From positions 23,316 through 87,315 of the forward strand of contig JBHLMP010000006.1 of NCBI GenBank assembly GCA_048938025.1: DNA of 64,000 nt, in the 5' to 3' direction. Source of the stretch: Promethearchaeota archaeon. GTDB taxonomy: Archaea > Asgardarchaeota > Lokiarchaeia > Sigyniarchaeales > SOKP01. The position numbers were made by a program, and so were the translations under genes. The notes under the pieces are model-generated. The model was not told the origin of the DNA and ran no database searches. It was given only the letters and a program-made list of their open reading frames with translations. How positions within the stretch are numbered: the first letter of the stretch is position 1; every line of letters begins with the position of its first letter. Of this stretch, positions 46,921-55,130 are shown in pieces.

Positions 46921-47517
46921 TTAAAGGGTAGAGAGAAAATCAGAAACTGCTTCTTCTGACGGTTCTGGATCGACAACAGAACTATCTAGTTCTTCACCTA
47001 TTATATCAAATGTATATGTGCATTTATCAGCACCTAATAGAACACATTCAGATTCCCTTCCATCAACATCAATTTTTAAGATTTCAAATACCCCTTGGAA
47101 GATGCCTAAGTAAAGTAAGCACAGGTTTTTAGCCATAATGTTATCTTCTTCTTGAGATGCTAGAGGATCATTTACACCTATTTGGATTTTATTTTTTCCA
47201 AAGTGTGCTCTTAATTGTCCATAGCCCATTAATTCCATAGATTCAAGAATACCTAGAAAAACATCTTTTTTAGTAGCAATATTTTCAAGAGCCCAATCTT
47301 TATTGTAAAAGAATTTTTCCATAAAAGATCTTCCCAGGGTTTTTCCTACCCAAGTTAATATATCATCAGCATTTGTACCAGCAAATTCAGTGAATTCGAT
47401 TAAGTCAATAGGTCTTAACATTAATAAGCGCATATCTTTCTTTTTTTCGCCGAAAAATAGTTGTCCTAATTTCTCGTCAATCATTAGTTGTAATTCTTTT
47501 TTCAATCTTTTTGACAT
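46921..47517 (-). CDS. V4R-domain protein (TRAPP Bet3-like fold)
   Basis: 198 aa. LRPIDLIEF...GKTLGRSF and the C-terminal conserved Cys pair ECVLLGADKCTYTF are typical of V4R. Confidence 0.6.
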   Translation of the reverse strand: MSKRLKKELQLMIDEKLGQLFFGEKKKDMRLLMLRPIDLIEFTEFAGTNADDILTWVGKTLGRSFMEKFFYNKDWALENIATKKDVFLGILESMELMGYGQLRAHFGKNKIQIGVNDPLASQEEDNIMAKNLCLLYLGIFQGVFEILKIDVDGRESECVLLGADKCTYTFDIIGEELDSSVVDPEPSEEAVSDFLSTL

Positions 47518-47642
47518 AGCTTTTCCCTATTTAAGTATTTCATTAAGATTATTAGGAATTTATATAATAGAAATTTAAGTGTCTAGATATTTAAATTTAA
47601 TGTTAAAGTTAGTTGAAATCTAAAATTCAAATATTAGGATTA

Positions 47643-48698
47643 TTAAGAAGCGACCAAATTAAAAATTGTTTGGATTACAGCATCAAGATTATGTTTAGTC
47701 TTTACTGAAGTGAAAAGAAATGCCCAATCTCTATGTTTAATATCTTCAAAATTAAAAAAATCATATAATTCTTCTTTTAATTTCTCTAGTTGATTTTCCC
47801 TGCTTTTTTCTGAAGATTTAATTAAATCTATTTTATTACCCACGATCAATAAAGGAATACCGAACAAATCATCTCTATTCACAATATTCCAGAATTCTTT
47901 TTTTGATTCTTCAAATCGTATTTGGTTAGCTATATCGATCATAAATACAACAATATTTGAGTCTTGTAAGCCAATCAACCATTTTTTTCGAAAATTTTGT
48001 TGACCTGGCATATCCCAAAAAGCCAGTAACCCTTTTTCTTGTTTTTCAATATATTCAATATTGAATTTTCGAGTCGGAGCAAAGAAATTATCATTGAATT
48101 CACCTGTTTTTATTCTTCTTACAAGGGATGTCTTGCCAACTTCATCAATTCCAAATAAAAAGACTTTAATAAATAATTCTTGCTGGTAATGATAGACAAT
48201 TTTAGGAGGTTTTTCAATAATTTCATCCCCATATCTTCTAATATCAATGAACATCGAAATTAGCAAATTTTCTATTTCAATTTCATCATCAAAAGAATAT
48301 ACTGTTCCATTAATTAATAATTCACTCAATAATTCTTCAAAAATTTCTTTATAATCATAAGGATTATCTTCTTCATCAAAAATTAGACCAATAAGTATTT
48401 TTCCATTTATACAAGATGTGTATATATTTAAATCATTAACAATTTGTGCAACAGGCTTATCAATTTTATAATGATTTGATTTTTCAGTTAAATCAGGGTT
48501 ATAAATTGATAAATTATTATGGATATTATTCTTGTTATTTAGATTTGCCTGATCATGACCAGTAATAATCATATTAACAAGATTTTTGTCATTGATATTT
48601 ATAATTTCATTTGGATAGCTATAGATATTAAGATCTTTTAAGTCTTGAAATTTTTTCCCTTTAAATAGAAAAATGTTATGTAACAATGAAATTTCCAA
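47643..48698 (-). CDS. Arf-like small GTPase with ~165-aa N-terminal extension
   Basis: G1 GIDEVGKTS, switch I APTRK, G3 WDMPGQ, G4 GNKID. The N-terminal region has no recognised motif. Confidence 0.75.
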   Translation of the reverse strand: MEISLLHNIFLFKGKKFQDLKDLNIYSYPNEIININDKNLVNMIITGHDQANLNNKNNIHNNLSIYNPDLTEKSNHYKIDKPVAQIVNDLNIYTSCINGKILIGLIFDEEDNPYDYKEIFEELLSELLINGTVYSFDDEIEIENLLISMFIDIRRYGDEIIEKPPKIVYHYQQELFIKVFLFGIDEVGKTSLVRRIKTGEFNDNFFAPTRKFNIEYIEKQEKGLLAFWDMPGQQNFRKKWLIGLQDSNIVVFMIDIANQIRFEESKKEFWNIVNRDDLFGIPLLIVGNKIDLIKSSEKSRENQLEKLKEELYDFFNFEDIKHRDWAFLFTSVKTKHNLDAVIQTIFNLVAS

Positions 48699-48869
48699 AA
48701 ATTCTTAATTCCTATAAGTTTGAGAATAAAGCCTAATTAAAAAAAGTTTGGAATCTTGCCTAATTTATAACTTTTAAAGTTTTTGGCTTAATAATTCTAG
48801 GAAAGTGACTTAACTCCTTTAAAAAACCTTATTAATAGATGAATAAGAAAAATTCAATTTAGAATTGTC

Positions 48870-50291
48870 TTATTCTTTGCTATCTTCTTCAACATCTGGA
48901 GTTTCTTGTTTATTATCAGAAGTTTCTGTTTCTGATGGAACCTCCGATTGCGGAGTTGATTTTGATGCTACAGGTGTTCCACAAATAGGACATTTTGACC
49001 AACCTGGTCTTAAACCGTAACCGCATTTTGAGCATTCTTGCATATCCTCATCTGGTTTCCATTCTGGAATATCTAAACCACCTTGTCTTTTACGAGCAAG
49101 TTCTTGTAATTCATCTTCTGTCCAAAACTCCATACCCTCAGGTAAACTGGAACCTCTCTCCTCGGCAAATTTGGTTAATTCTTCTTCCGACCAAATGGGC
49201 ATATCAGGTTGAGTAGCCATTCTTTTTTGTGCTTCTTTTGCTAAATCCTCAGCTGTCCATGCTTTAAGCTCTTGACCTCCTGGAGTTCTTACTACACCTG
49301 GTTGTTGAGGAGAAATTTGACTAGGTGCCTCAGTACCCATAACGCCTCCACTAATAGAAGGTGCACTACAACACTCAGCAGAAAACTTTAAAAGTGCTTC
49401 AAAACATTTTGAGAAGTTATTTGGATCTTTCCCTTCATCACTAACTAACATTAATGTAGTTTTATCAGCTGGTTGAGGAATAGCAATACCACATATGGCA
49501 ATATCTGATTTAAGTCGCCCTGATTCTATACCAGAAGTGAGCTTTTCCATTGATTTTGTCAAATCATCATCGTTCATCAAAAAATCACAGATTGGATCTC
49601 CGTGTCTCTGGAAACTATCATGATATTTAGCTAGTTGAGTTCTTGTTATCGTTGAGTTAAGAGATCTAATAATAGCATCTACATACGAAAAAATTTGAGA
49701 CTTAGGACCTTTTTGAGATCCTTCTAGCTTATAACCACCTAAATCAAGAGCTCCCGTAATAGGAGCAAATAGAGATGTTTCATTCTTCATTTTACCATAG
49801 ATTATTGGTCTTGAAATAACACATTTGATTTCTCCGTAATAGGCAATAGTATCATCAAAAAATTGAACTTTTCCATCATAGGTAATTCGTGGAACACTTC
49901 GGAAAATGACATCAGCCCAAGGCATTTCTTTTACTGGAATTATTACATAACATGTTTTATCAATTAAATCGCGCAATTTTTTAATGAATTCTTTTAAATC
50001 TTTTTTAATATCTTGATAATCTTCTTCGTTTAACTCTTCTTCTGCATTTTTCTCAAATTCTTTAAATTTCTCTTCATTTTTCTTGAGATTTCCCCCAAAT
50101 GATTTAACTTCTCCAACAGTATTACCTTGTAAGATAGATGTTGCATTTTCTATAATTTTTTTTTGAAAATCGGATAAATCAGCCTCAGTTTCACTTGAAA
50201 TAAGATAATCCTCGATATTGAATTGGATTTTATTAATAAAAACTTCAAACAATTTCTGTTCTGACAATTCCTTTACCTTTTTTCTATGCAA
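48870..50291 (-). CDS. Hypothetical protein with triple W-[ST]-x-E-[DE]-L repeat and C-terminal zinc ribbon
   Basis: The repeats are KAWTAEDLAKEAQKR, PIWSEEELTKFAEER and EFWTEDELQELARKR (nt 49086-49265). They are followed by CSKCG...CPICG (nt 48975-49034) and an acidic tail. Confidence 0.5.
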   Translation of the reverse strand: MHRKKVKELSEQKLFEVFINKIQFNIEDYLISSETEADLSDFQKKIIENATSILQGNTVGEVKSFGGNLKKNEEKFKEFEKNAEEELNEEDYQDIKKDLKEFIKKLRDLIDKTCYVIIPVKEMPWADVIFRSVPRITYDGKVQFFDDTIAYYGEIKCVISRPIIYGKMKNETSLFAPITGALDLGGYKLEGSQKGPKSQIFSYVDAIIRSLNSTITRTQLAKYHDSFQRHGDPICDFLMNDDDLTKSMEKLTSGIESGRLKSDIAICGIAIPQPADKTTLMLVSDEGKDPNNFSKCFEALLKFSAECCSAPSISGGVMGTEAPSQISPQQPGVVRTPGGQELKAWTAEDLAKEAQKRMATQPDMPIWSEEELTKFAEERGSSLPEGMEFWTEDELQELARKRQGGLDIPEWKPDEDMQECSKCGYGLRPGWSKCPICGTPVASKSTPQSEVPSETETSDNKQETPDVEEDSKE

Positions 50292-50444
50292 TTTTAGTTT
50301 CTTACTTATAAATATAGCAATGGAATGTATATAAAAATTTAATTGAATCTCGTTTTCTATATTTTGAGTAAAATTAAATAAAACGCAGAAATAATAAATA
50401 AAAAATAAATTTAAAACTTAAATCTAAGACCCTTAGGACCAATG

Positions 50445-51641
50445 TTAGCCCGTATAACATAAATTCCATGTAGGTTCATAATCATGAATAAGATTCATCA
50501 TAATATTATATGCTGCTGGCGTATAATAGTTATCAAGAGGAGGATAATCTCCATTCTCTCTAATCGCGAAATGCACATGTCCTAAGGAATCAAATTGTTG
50601 AAAATCACCAATAGGCCAACCTAGCATGATCCACTCTCCTATATTATCTAAGATATCTATTTTAGATAATGAAGTATTAACATCGTTCATATCACTTGTC
50701 CATAGCTCAAATATATATTCACATTGAATTATTTCATTAAATTGAATTGTTATATTTATAGCATAATTAGTTATAATTTCTAAACTATTTATTACTTGTA
50801 TTGATTTAACAAGTCCAGGTGCAGCAGTATACACCCTTCTATTGTCTTTAAAATAAAAATCAAATCCTAAATGTACTGACCCCCAAGGACAAGCAGTTGT
50901 ATTAGAATAGGTACGCGTTACATTATGAATATTAAGTCTTGAGGTAAAAGTAGTATTTACGTAATCTAATGGTGAGTTCTCATCGTAGCATAAATGTGGC
51001 CATTCAGGATGCCACATATGAACTAAACCCATCATTCTCTCATAAGCTGCTGGAGAATAGTATCTGTCAAGACGAGTACGTACATTATCCTCTATTACAT
51101 CAAAATGTATATGAGCCCCAGGACCAATCTGTAAAAATCTACCAATTTCCTGCCCAATCTCGACCCATTCTCCTACGGAACAATTTATTAATTGTTTTTG
51201 ATGCTCATGTTGGCTACTTTCATTAGTCCAAGGCTCAAAATTGTAATTTACATATACACTATTATTAAATCTTATAGTTACCTCAATCATATATCTATTT
51301 TCTGTAGTTTCGCCCCAATCTTTTTCTCGAATTATGCTTACTTGCCCAGGAGCTGCCGCCAAAACTTTTGAGTTGTTAATCAATGCAAAATCAAACCCCT
51401 CATGGGCTCTTGCCCATGGGCAGCTATTTGTGGAAGCCCAAGCACCATTAACAGCATAATTGTCGGACTCATTTTCAAAAATAACATCCATGTAATCTAA
51501 ACGATCCCATTCGTATCTTTCTCCAGGATCAAAAAACTCTTCTTCCCAAGGTGAATCTTCTAGAATTAGAGGTAATATGAAAAGTCCTGCCATAATTACT
51601 ATGGCAACTATAATAAGTGAAATGATACCTATTTTTTTCAT
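50445..51641 (-). CDS. Membrane-anchored protein with two tandem M23 (LytM-type) metallopeptidase-like domains
   Basis: N-terminal TM helix. Domain 1: AHEGFDF...APGQV...GAHIHFDV. Domain 2: VHLGFDF...APGLV...GHVHFAI. Both match the HxxxD and HxH motifs. Confidence 0.65.
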   Translation of the reverse strand: MKKIGIISLIIVAIVIMAGLFILPLILEDSPWEEEFFDPGERYEWDRLDYMDVIFENESDNYAVNGAWASTNSCPWARAHEGFDFALINNSKVLAAAPGQVSIIREKDWGETTENRYMIEVTIRFNNSVYVNYNFEPWTNESSQHEHQKQLINCSVGEWVEIGQEIGRFLQIGPGAHIHFDVIEDNVRTRLDRYYSPAAYERMMGLVHMWHPEWPHLCYDENSPLDYVNTTFTSRLNIHNVTRTYSNTTACPWGSVHLGFDFYFKDNRRVYTAAPGLVKSIQVINSLEIITNYAINITIQFNEIIQCEYIFELWTSDMNDVNTSLSKIDILDNIGEWIMLGWPIGDFQQFDSLGHVHFAIRENGDYPPLDNYYTPAAYNIMMNLIHDYEPTWNLCYTG

Positions 51642-51993
51642 AGATGAATGAAATAAAAAGAGATTTAAAAATATATCTGCTAAATTTAAATATTCTACTG
51701 ATTAGAACCAATATCCGATACATTTCTTTTTCCCTTTTCTCATGAGAATAAAAGAAAAAGTTATTTAACTTCTGAAGAAAAAATCATATTAAGGTTATAA
51801 TAATTTTTAATTATTATGAACAATATTTAGTTCTGTTCTAAGAAAATATAAAATTTTCATCCAAACTAATCTATTAATTTGAAAAAAAATTTGATATATT
51901 ATAAAATTAATTAAAACTTTTTATACTCAAAAAGAACCTCATAATTAAGCACAAAAAATTGTTTTTAAAAGAGTAATGCTTAAATAAGCCATT

Positions 51994-52015
51994 TCGGTTT
52001 AATATATTAATCCGA
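51994..52015. promoter_or_regulatory. 22-bp inverted repeat TCGGTTTAATA|TATTAATCCGA (one mismatch pair), a candidate RHH autoregulatory operator
   Basis: Lies immediately upstream of an A-rich/TATA-like AAAAAATCTTTATATAT (52016-52035) and ~80 nt upstream of the RHH gene start. Confidence 0.4.
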
Positions 52016-52091
52016 TAAAAAAAAATCTTTATATATTATCTTATCATTAAATGTTATATATAGAAAAAGTTAAGGATTAAGGCGATTCAAA

Positions 52092-52382
52092 TTGAAGATT
52101 GTCACAGTCAATATTCCGGATTCGTTTTTAGACTCAATTGAAAAATTAGTAGGAGAGGATGGTCTGTATCCCTCTAGGTCAGAACTAATTAGAGTTGCAG
52201 TTAGAGAATTTTTATTAAAAGAGTTAGCCTTAGCTAATAGGATGGCTAAGTATAAAGAAAGCGAAATTAAAGATTTTGATGAAAAAAATTACGTGAGAGT
52301 ACCTATTGAGACGACTGATGAAAATGATGAACCTGTAAGGGAGTTCAAAACGTACAAAATCGTAAGACGTTTAGAATATTAG
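52092..52382 (+). CDS. Ribbon-helix-helix (CopG/NikR-type) DNA-binding protein
   Basis: KIVTVNIPDSFLDSIEKLV...YPSRSELIRVAVREFL is a canonical RHH. TTG start. Confidence 0.75.
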   Translation: MKIVTVNIPDSFLDSIEKLVGEDGLYPSRSELIRVAVREFLLKELALANRMAKYKESEIKDFDEKNYVRVPIETTDENDEPVREFKTYKIVRRLEY

Positions 52383-52460
52383 AGGATTTGTTAGATCCTC
52401 AAAATATGAGTTAAAAAGGGATTAAATATCTTTCTCCTTATTCTTTTTATTTTTTTTTTT
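52382..52460 (+). terminator. Hairpin GAGGAT-N7-ATCCTC at the stop codon, plus a T11 run
   Basis: Hairpin at 52382-52400 and T-run at 52450-52460, both after the RHH gene. Confidence 0.4.
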
Positions 52461-52637
52461 AATTTCAGTTGAAATAATATTTAATTAAAAATTTTTCAAT
52501 ATTTTATCTAAGTTAATTCATAATGAAATACTATTTATAGAACTTCGGGTATATAAGAGATAGAATTAAAAGAAGAGGTTATATTTATTTCAGGAAAAAA
52601 AAGTTATGAAAAACAAGAAGTTTATGAGCCTAAATTC

Positions 52638-53870
52638 ATGGAATGGGGTATTATTAATAAAATTAATTTTAAAGATAAAACTACATATGATATTCCGATT
52701 AAGAGATGGGATCCTTTATCGACAGTAAAAATTAAATCTAAGGATTTTGGTCTTGGAAAAAAGCGTGAAAGGCATTATGGGCATTATTCCTACTTAAGTC
52801 CTATTAGAGGCAAAAGACCAAAGGGTTATGATGAAGTAGAAAAAAAAAGTGAACTTGAGCATTGCCCAAAAAAGATTTTTGCAAGAGTAAAGGATGTTTT
52901 TATGGCAGTCACAGAGGGAAAACCTATTTTTGATGATTGGGGTTATCAACTCGGTGATGGTTTCACTATCATTATAAATCAAGATGAAAAAAAGCTTGAC
53001 AATCCTTTTTCAGATATTCCTCATCGAATTAAAAGACTTCCTGATTCTTGTAAAGCAGTTACTTTGATAAATCGATATCCATCAATGGCTCGGATAATAG
53101 ATCCTAAAATAGAGGATTATATTGTTGAAAAATTACCTCCTCATCTAAAACTTGCGAGGGGTATAAATTTAGTAACCATTTCGAGAAAATTTTATCCTTC
53201 ATTATGTTTTAATTTAATCCCTGAAGAAATTATTGCTGCAATTTTTTTATCTATGAAAGCAGCAATCCTCTATTGTGTTCAAGAATCTATAGAACGTGAT
53301 TATTACGATATCCCAATAAATCCTTTTTTTAATATAGGAATGAAAGTAGGAGGGTCACAACCTCGAATACATAGTCAGGTATATGTTGATTTGAATGGTG
53401 ATGGTCATGGAGGTAGATTGGAAGGATATTTAAGGGCGTTTAAAGAGATGGGTAATAAGTGTCATCTATGTGAAACTACACATGGAAATACAGATCGTAT
53501 TATTTTAAATACCGAATTTTGGACTTTTTATACAACAGGAAGTCCAGTGAGAAATTATCACATTCGTTTTCATCCAAATGAGCACTTAAGAAGGTTTTCT
53601 CAATTGAAAATTAATCAATTAAATGATTTAGCAAAAGCTATAAGAATTATCTTTCAGGCACTTGATGATATAGAAATAGATAAGAATAGAAACCTTTTAT
53701 TTAATTGCTGTCCTTTTGGATATGATGATGATTTTCATTTATTTGGTGATATTATTCCACATGAGGTAATTGGTGGAGCAGAAATGGCAGATGACATGCG
53801 AGTTGCAAGGAAGTTACCCCATATAGCTGCAGCTGAAATCAGAAAGGCATTAATTAAGTATATTAATTAA
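52638..53870 (+). CDS. GalT-like (HIT-superfamily) hexose-1-phosphate nucleotidyltransferase/phosphorylase
   Basis: SPIRGKRP block, as in GalT (SPHRAKRP). Active-site-like GGSQPRIHSQVYV retains the nucleophile His and the Gln. Confidence 0.5.
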   Translation: MEWGIINKINFKDKTTYDIPIKRWDPLSTVKIKSKDFGLGKKRERHYGHYSYLSPIRGKRPKGYDEVEKKSELEHCPKKIFARVKDVFMAVTEGKPIFDDWGYQLGDGFTIIINQDEKKLDNPFSDIPHRIKRLPDSCKAVTLINRYPSMARIIDPKIEDYIVEKLPPHLKLARGINLVTISRKFYPSLCFNLIPEEIIAAIFLSMKAAILYCVQESIERDYYDIPINPFFNIGMKVGGSQPRIHSQVYVDLNGDGHGGRLEGYLRAFKEMGNKCHLCETTHGNTDRIILNTEFWTFYTTGSPVRNYHIRFHPNEHLRRFSQLKINQLNDLAKAIRIIFQALDDIEIDKNRNLLFNCCPFGYDDDFHLFGDIIPHEVIGGAEMADDMRVARKLPHIAAAEIRKALIKYIN

Positions 53871-53981
53871 TTTTTTCTACCTTTTCTATACTTATTTAAT
53901 AACTTTTAAATTTCAATTAAACTTAGATTTATATCTATTAATTGTTTAATAATTTGTGAGGATTTTTTTGAGGAAATCATA

Positions 53982-55130
53982 TTGAGAGAATGGTCTGCGA
54001 TAATTTTAGCAGGTGGAAAAGGTAAGAGGTTAATGCCATTAACTGCTTTGATTCCAAAACCACTTGTAAAAGTCACCAATGTTCCTATGGTAGATTATGC
54101 AATCGCTCATTTAATATTTGCAGATATAAAGCACATTACGCTTGCGTTGGCTTATATGGGCGAGGATATAAAAGATTATATTAAGAAAACATGGACTCCA
54201 GATAAATTGGGAGATGTAGAATTAGAATTTGAAATACAAGACAGTAAGGGTACTGCTGATGCTTATAGGCTTTTAAATGAGCATATAGACTCAGAAAAGG
54301 TTGTTGTATCGATGGCAGATATAGTTACAAATCTTCCAATGAAAGATTTTATGAATTTCCACTCTGAAAAAGAAGGATTGGCAACAATTTCAATGAAAAC
54401 AGTTGAAAGTCATATTTCTCAATATGGCGTTGTTTTATTAGATAAAAATAGGAAAATTTATCTATTTTTGGAAAAACCAGCTCCAATGGAATTATATTTG
54501 AGTAGTATGGCTCAAAGAACTGATTTGTTTTTACATACAAATATAATTAACACAGGGATTTATTGTTTTAATAAAAAAATTGGAGATATTCTCCATGAAA
54601 CTGGTTTAATGGATTTTGGGAGTGAAGTATTTCCATATCTCCTCGAAAACCAGTATGATTTGTATGGGTTTGTAAAAAATTATTATTGGCTTGATTGTGG
54701 TAATAATCAAACCTATATGTGGGCAAATTGGGATTTATTGCGGCATTATGCCTGGCCAATCACACCTAATGGGAAAGAATATGATGGAATTTATGTTATC
54801 GGAATTATCAATTCTGGTCAAAATATTACAATTGAAAAGCCAACGTGTTTTGGTGAGTTTGTTCAGTTAGCAAATCGAGTCAAAATTAAAGAACTTACAT
54901 CTATAGGCAATAATGTTACAATTGGAGAGGATACTGTAATTGAAAAGAGTGTTATCTGGGATGAGGTGAAAATTGGAGCTGGTTGTATTATCACTGAAAG
55001 TATAATTTGTAATAATTGCGAAATAGGAGATAATGTGGTTTTAGAAAGAGCAATAATTGCTCCTAATTGCAAAATTAGTGATAATTACCAAATAAGAGAA
55101 AAAACTCTTGAAATTGGTCAACAAGTTTAA
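53982..55130 (+). CDS. Sugar-1-phosphate nucleotidyltransferase with C-terminal left-handed beta-helix
   Basis: AIILAGGKGKRLMPLT N-terminus. Hexapeptide repeats IGNNVTIGEDTVIEKSVIWDEVKIGAGCII. TTG start. Confidence 0.8.
   Translation: MREWSAIILAGGKGKRLMPLTALIPKPLVKVTNVPMVDYAIAHLIFADIKHITLALAYMGEDIKDYIKKTWTPDKLGDVELEFEIQDSKGTADAYRLLNEHIDSEKVVVSMADIVTNLPMKDFMNFHSEKEGLATISMKTVESHISQYGVVLLDKNRKIYLFLEKPAPMELYLSSMAQRTDLFLHTNIINTGIYCFNKKIGDILHETGLMDFGSEVFPYLLENQYDLYGFVKNYYWLDCGNNQTYMWANWDLLRHYAWPITPNGKEYDGIYVIGIINSGQNITIEKPTCFGEFVQLANRVKIKELTSIGNNVTIGEDTVIEKSVIWDEVKIGAGCIITESIICNNCEIGDNVVLERAIIAPNCKISDNYQIREKTLEIGQQV

Noticed and set aside
49086-49265. Reading the Trp-acidic repeats as LC3-interacting (LIR, W-x-x-L) motifs.
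   Set aside because: The spacing is W-x4-L, not W-x2-L, so the repeats do not fit the LIR core.
51737-51748. Perfect 12-bp palindrome TTCTCATGAGAA ~96 bp upstream of the M23 gene.
   Set aside because: Perfect 12-bp palindromes are expected many times by chance in 64 kb, and there is no second copy or flanking symmetry of note.
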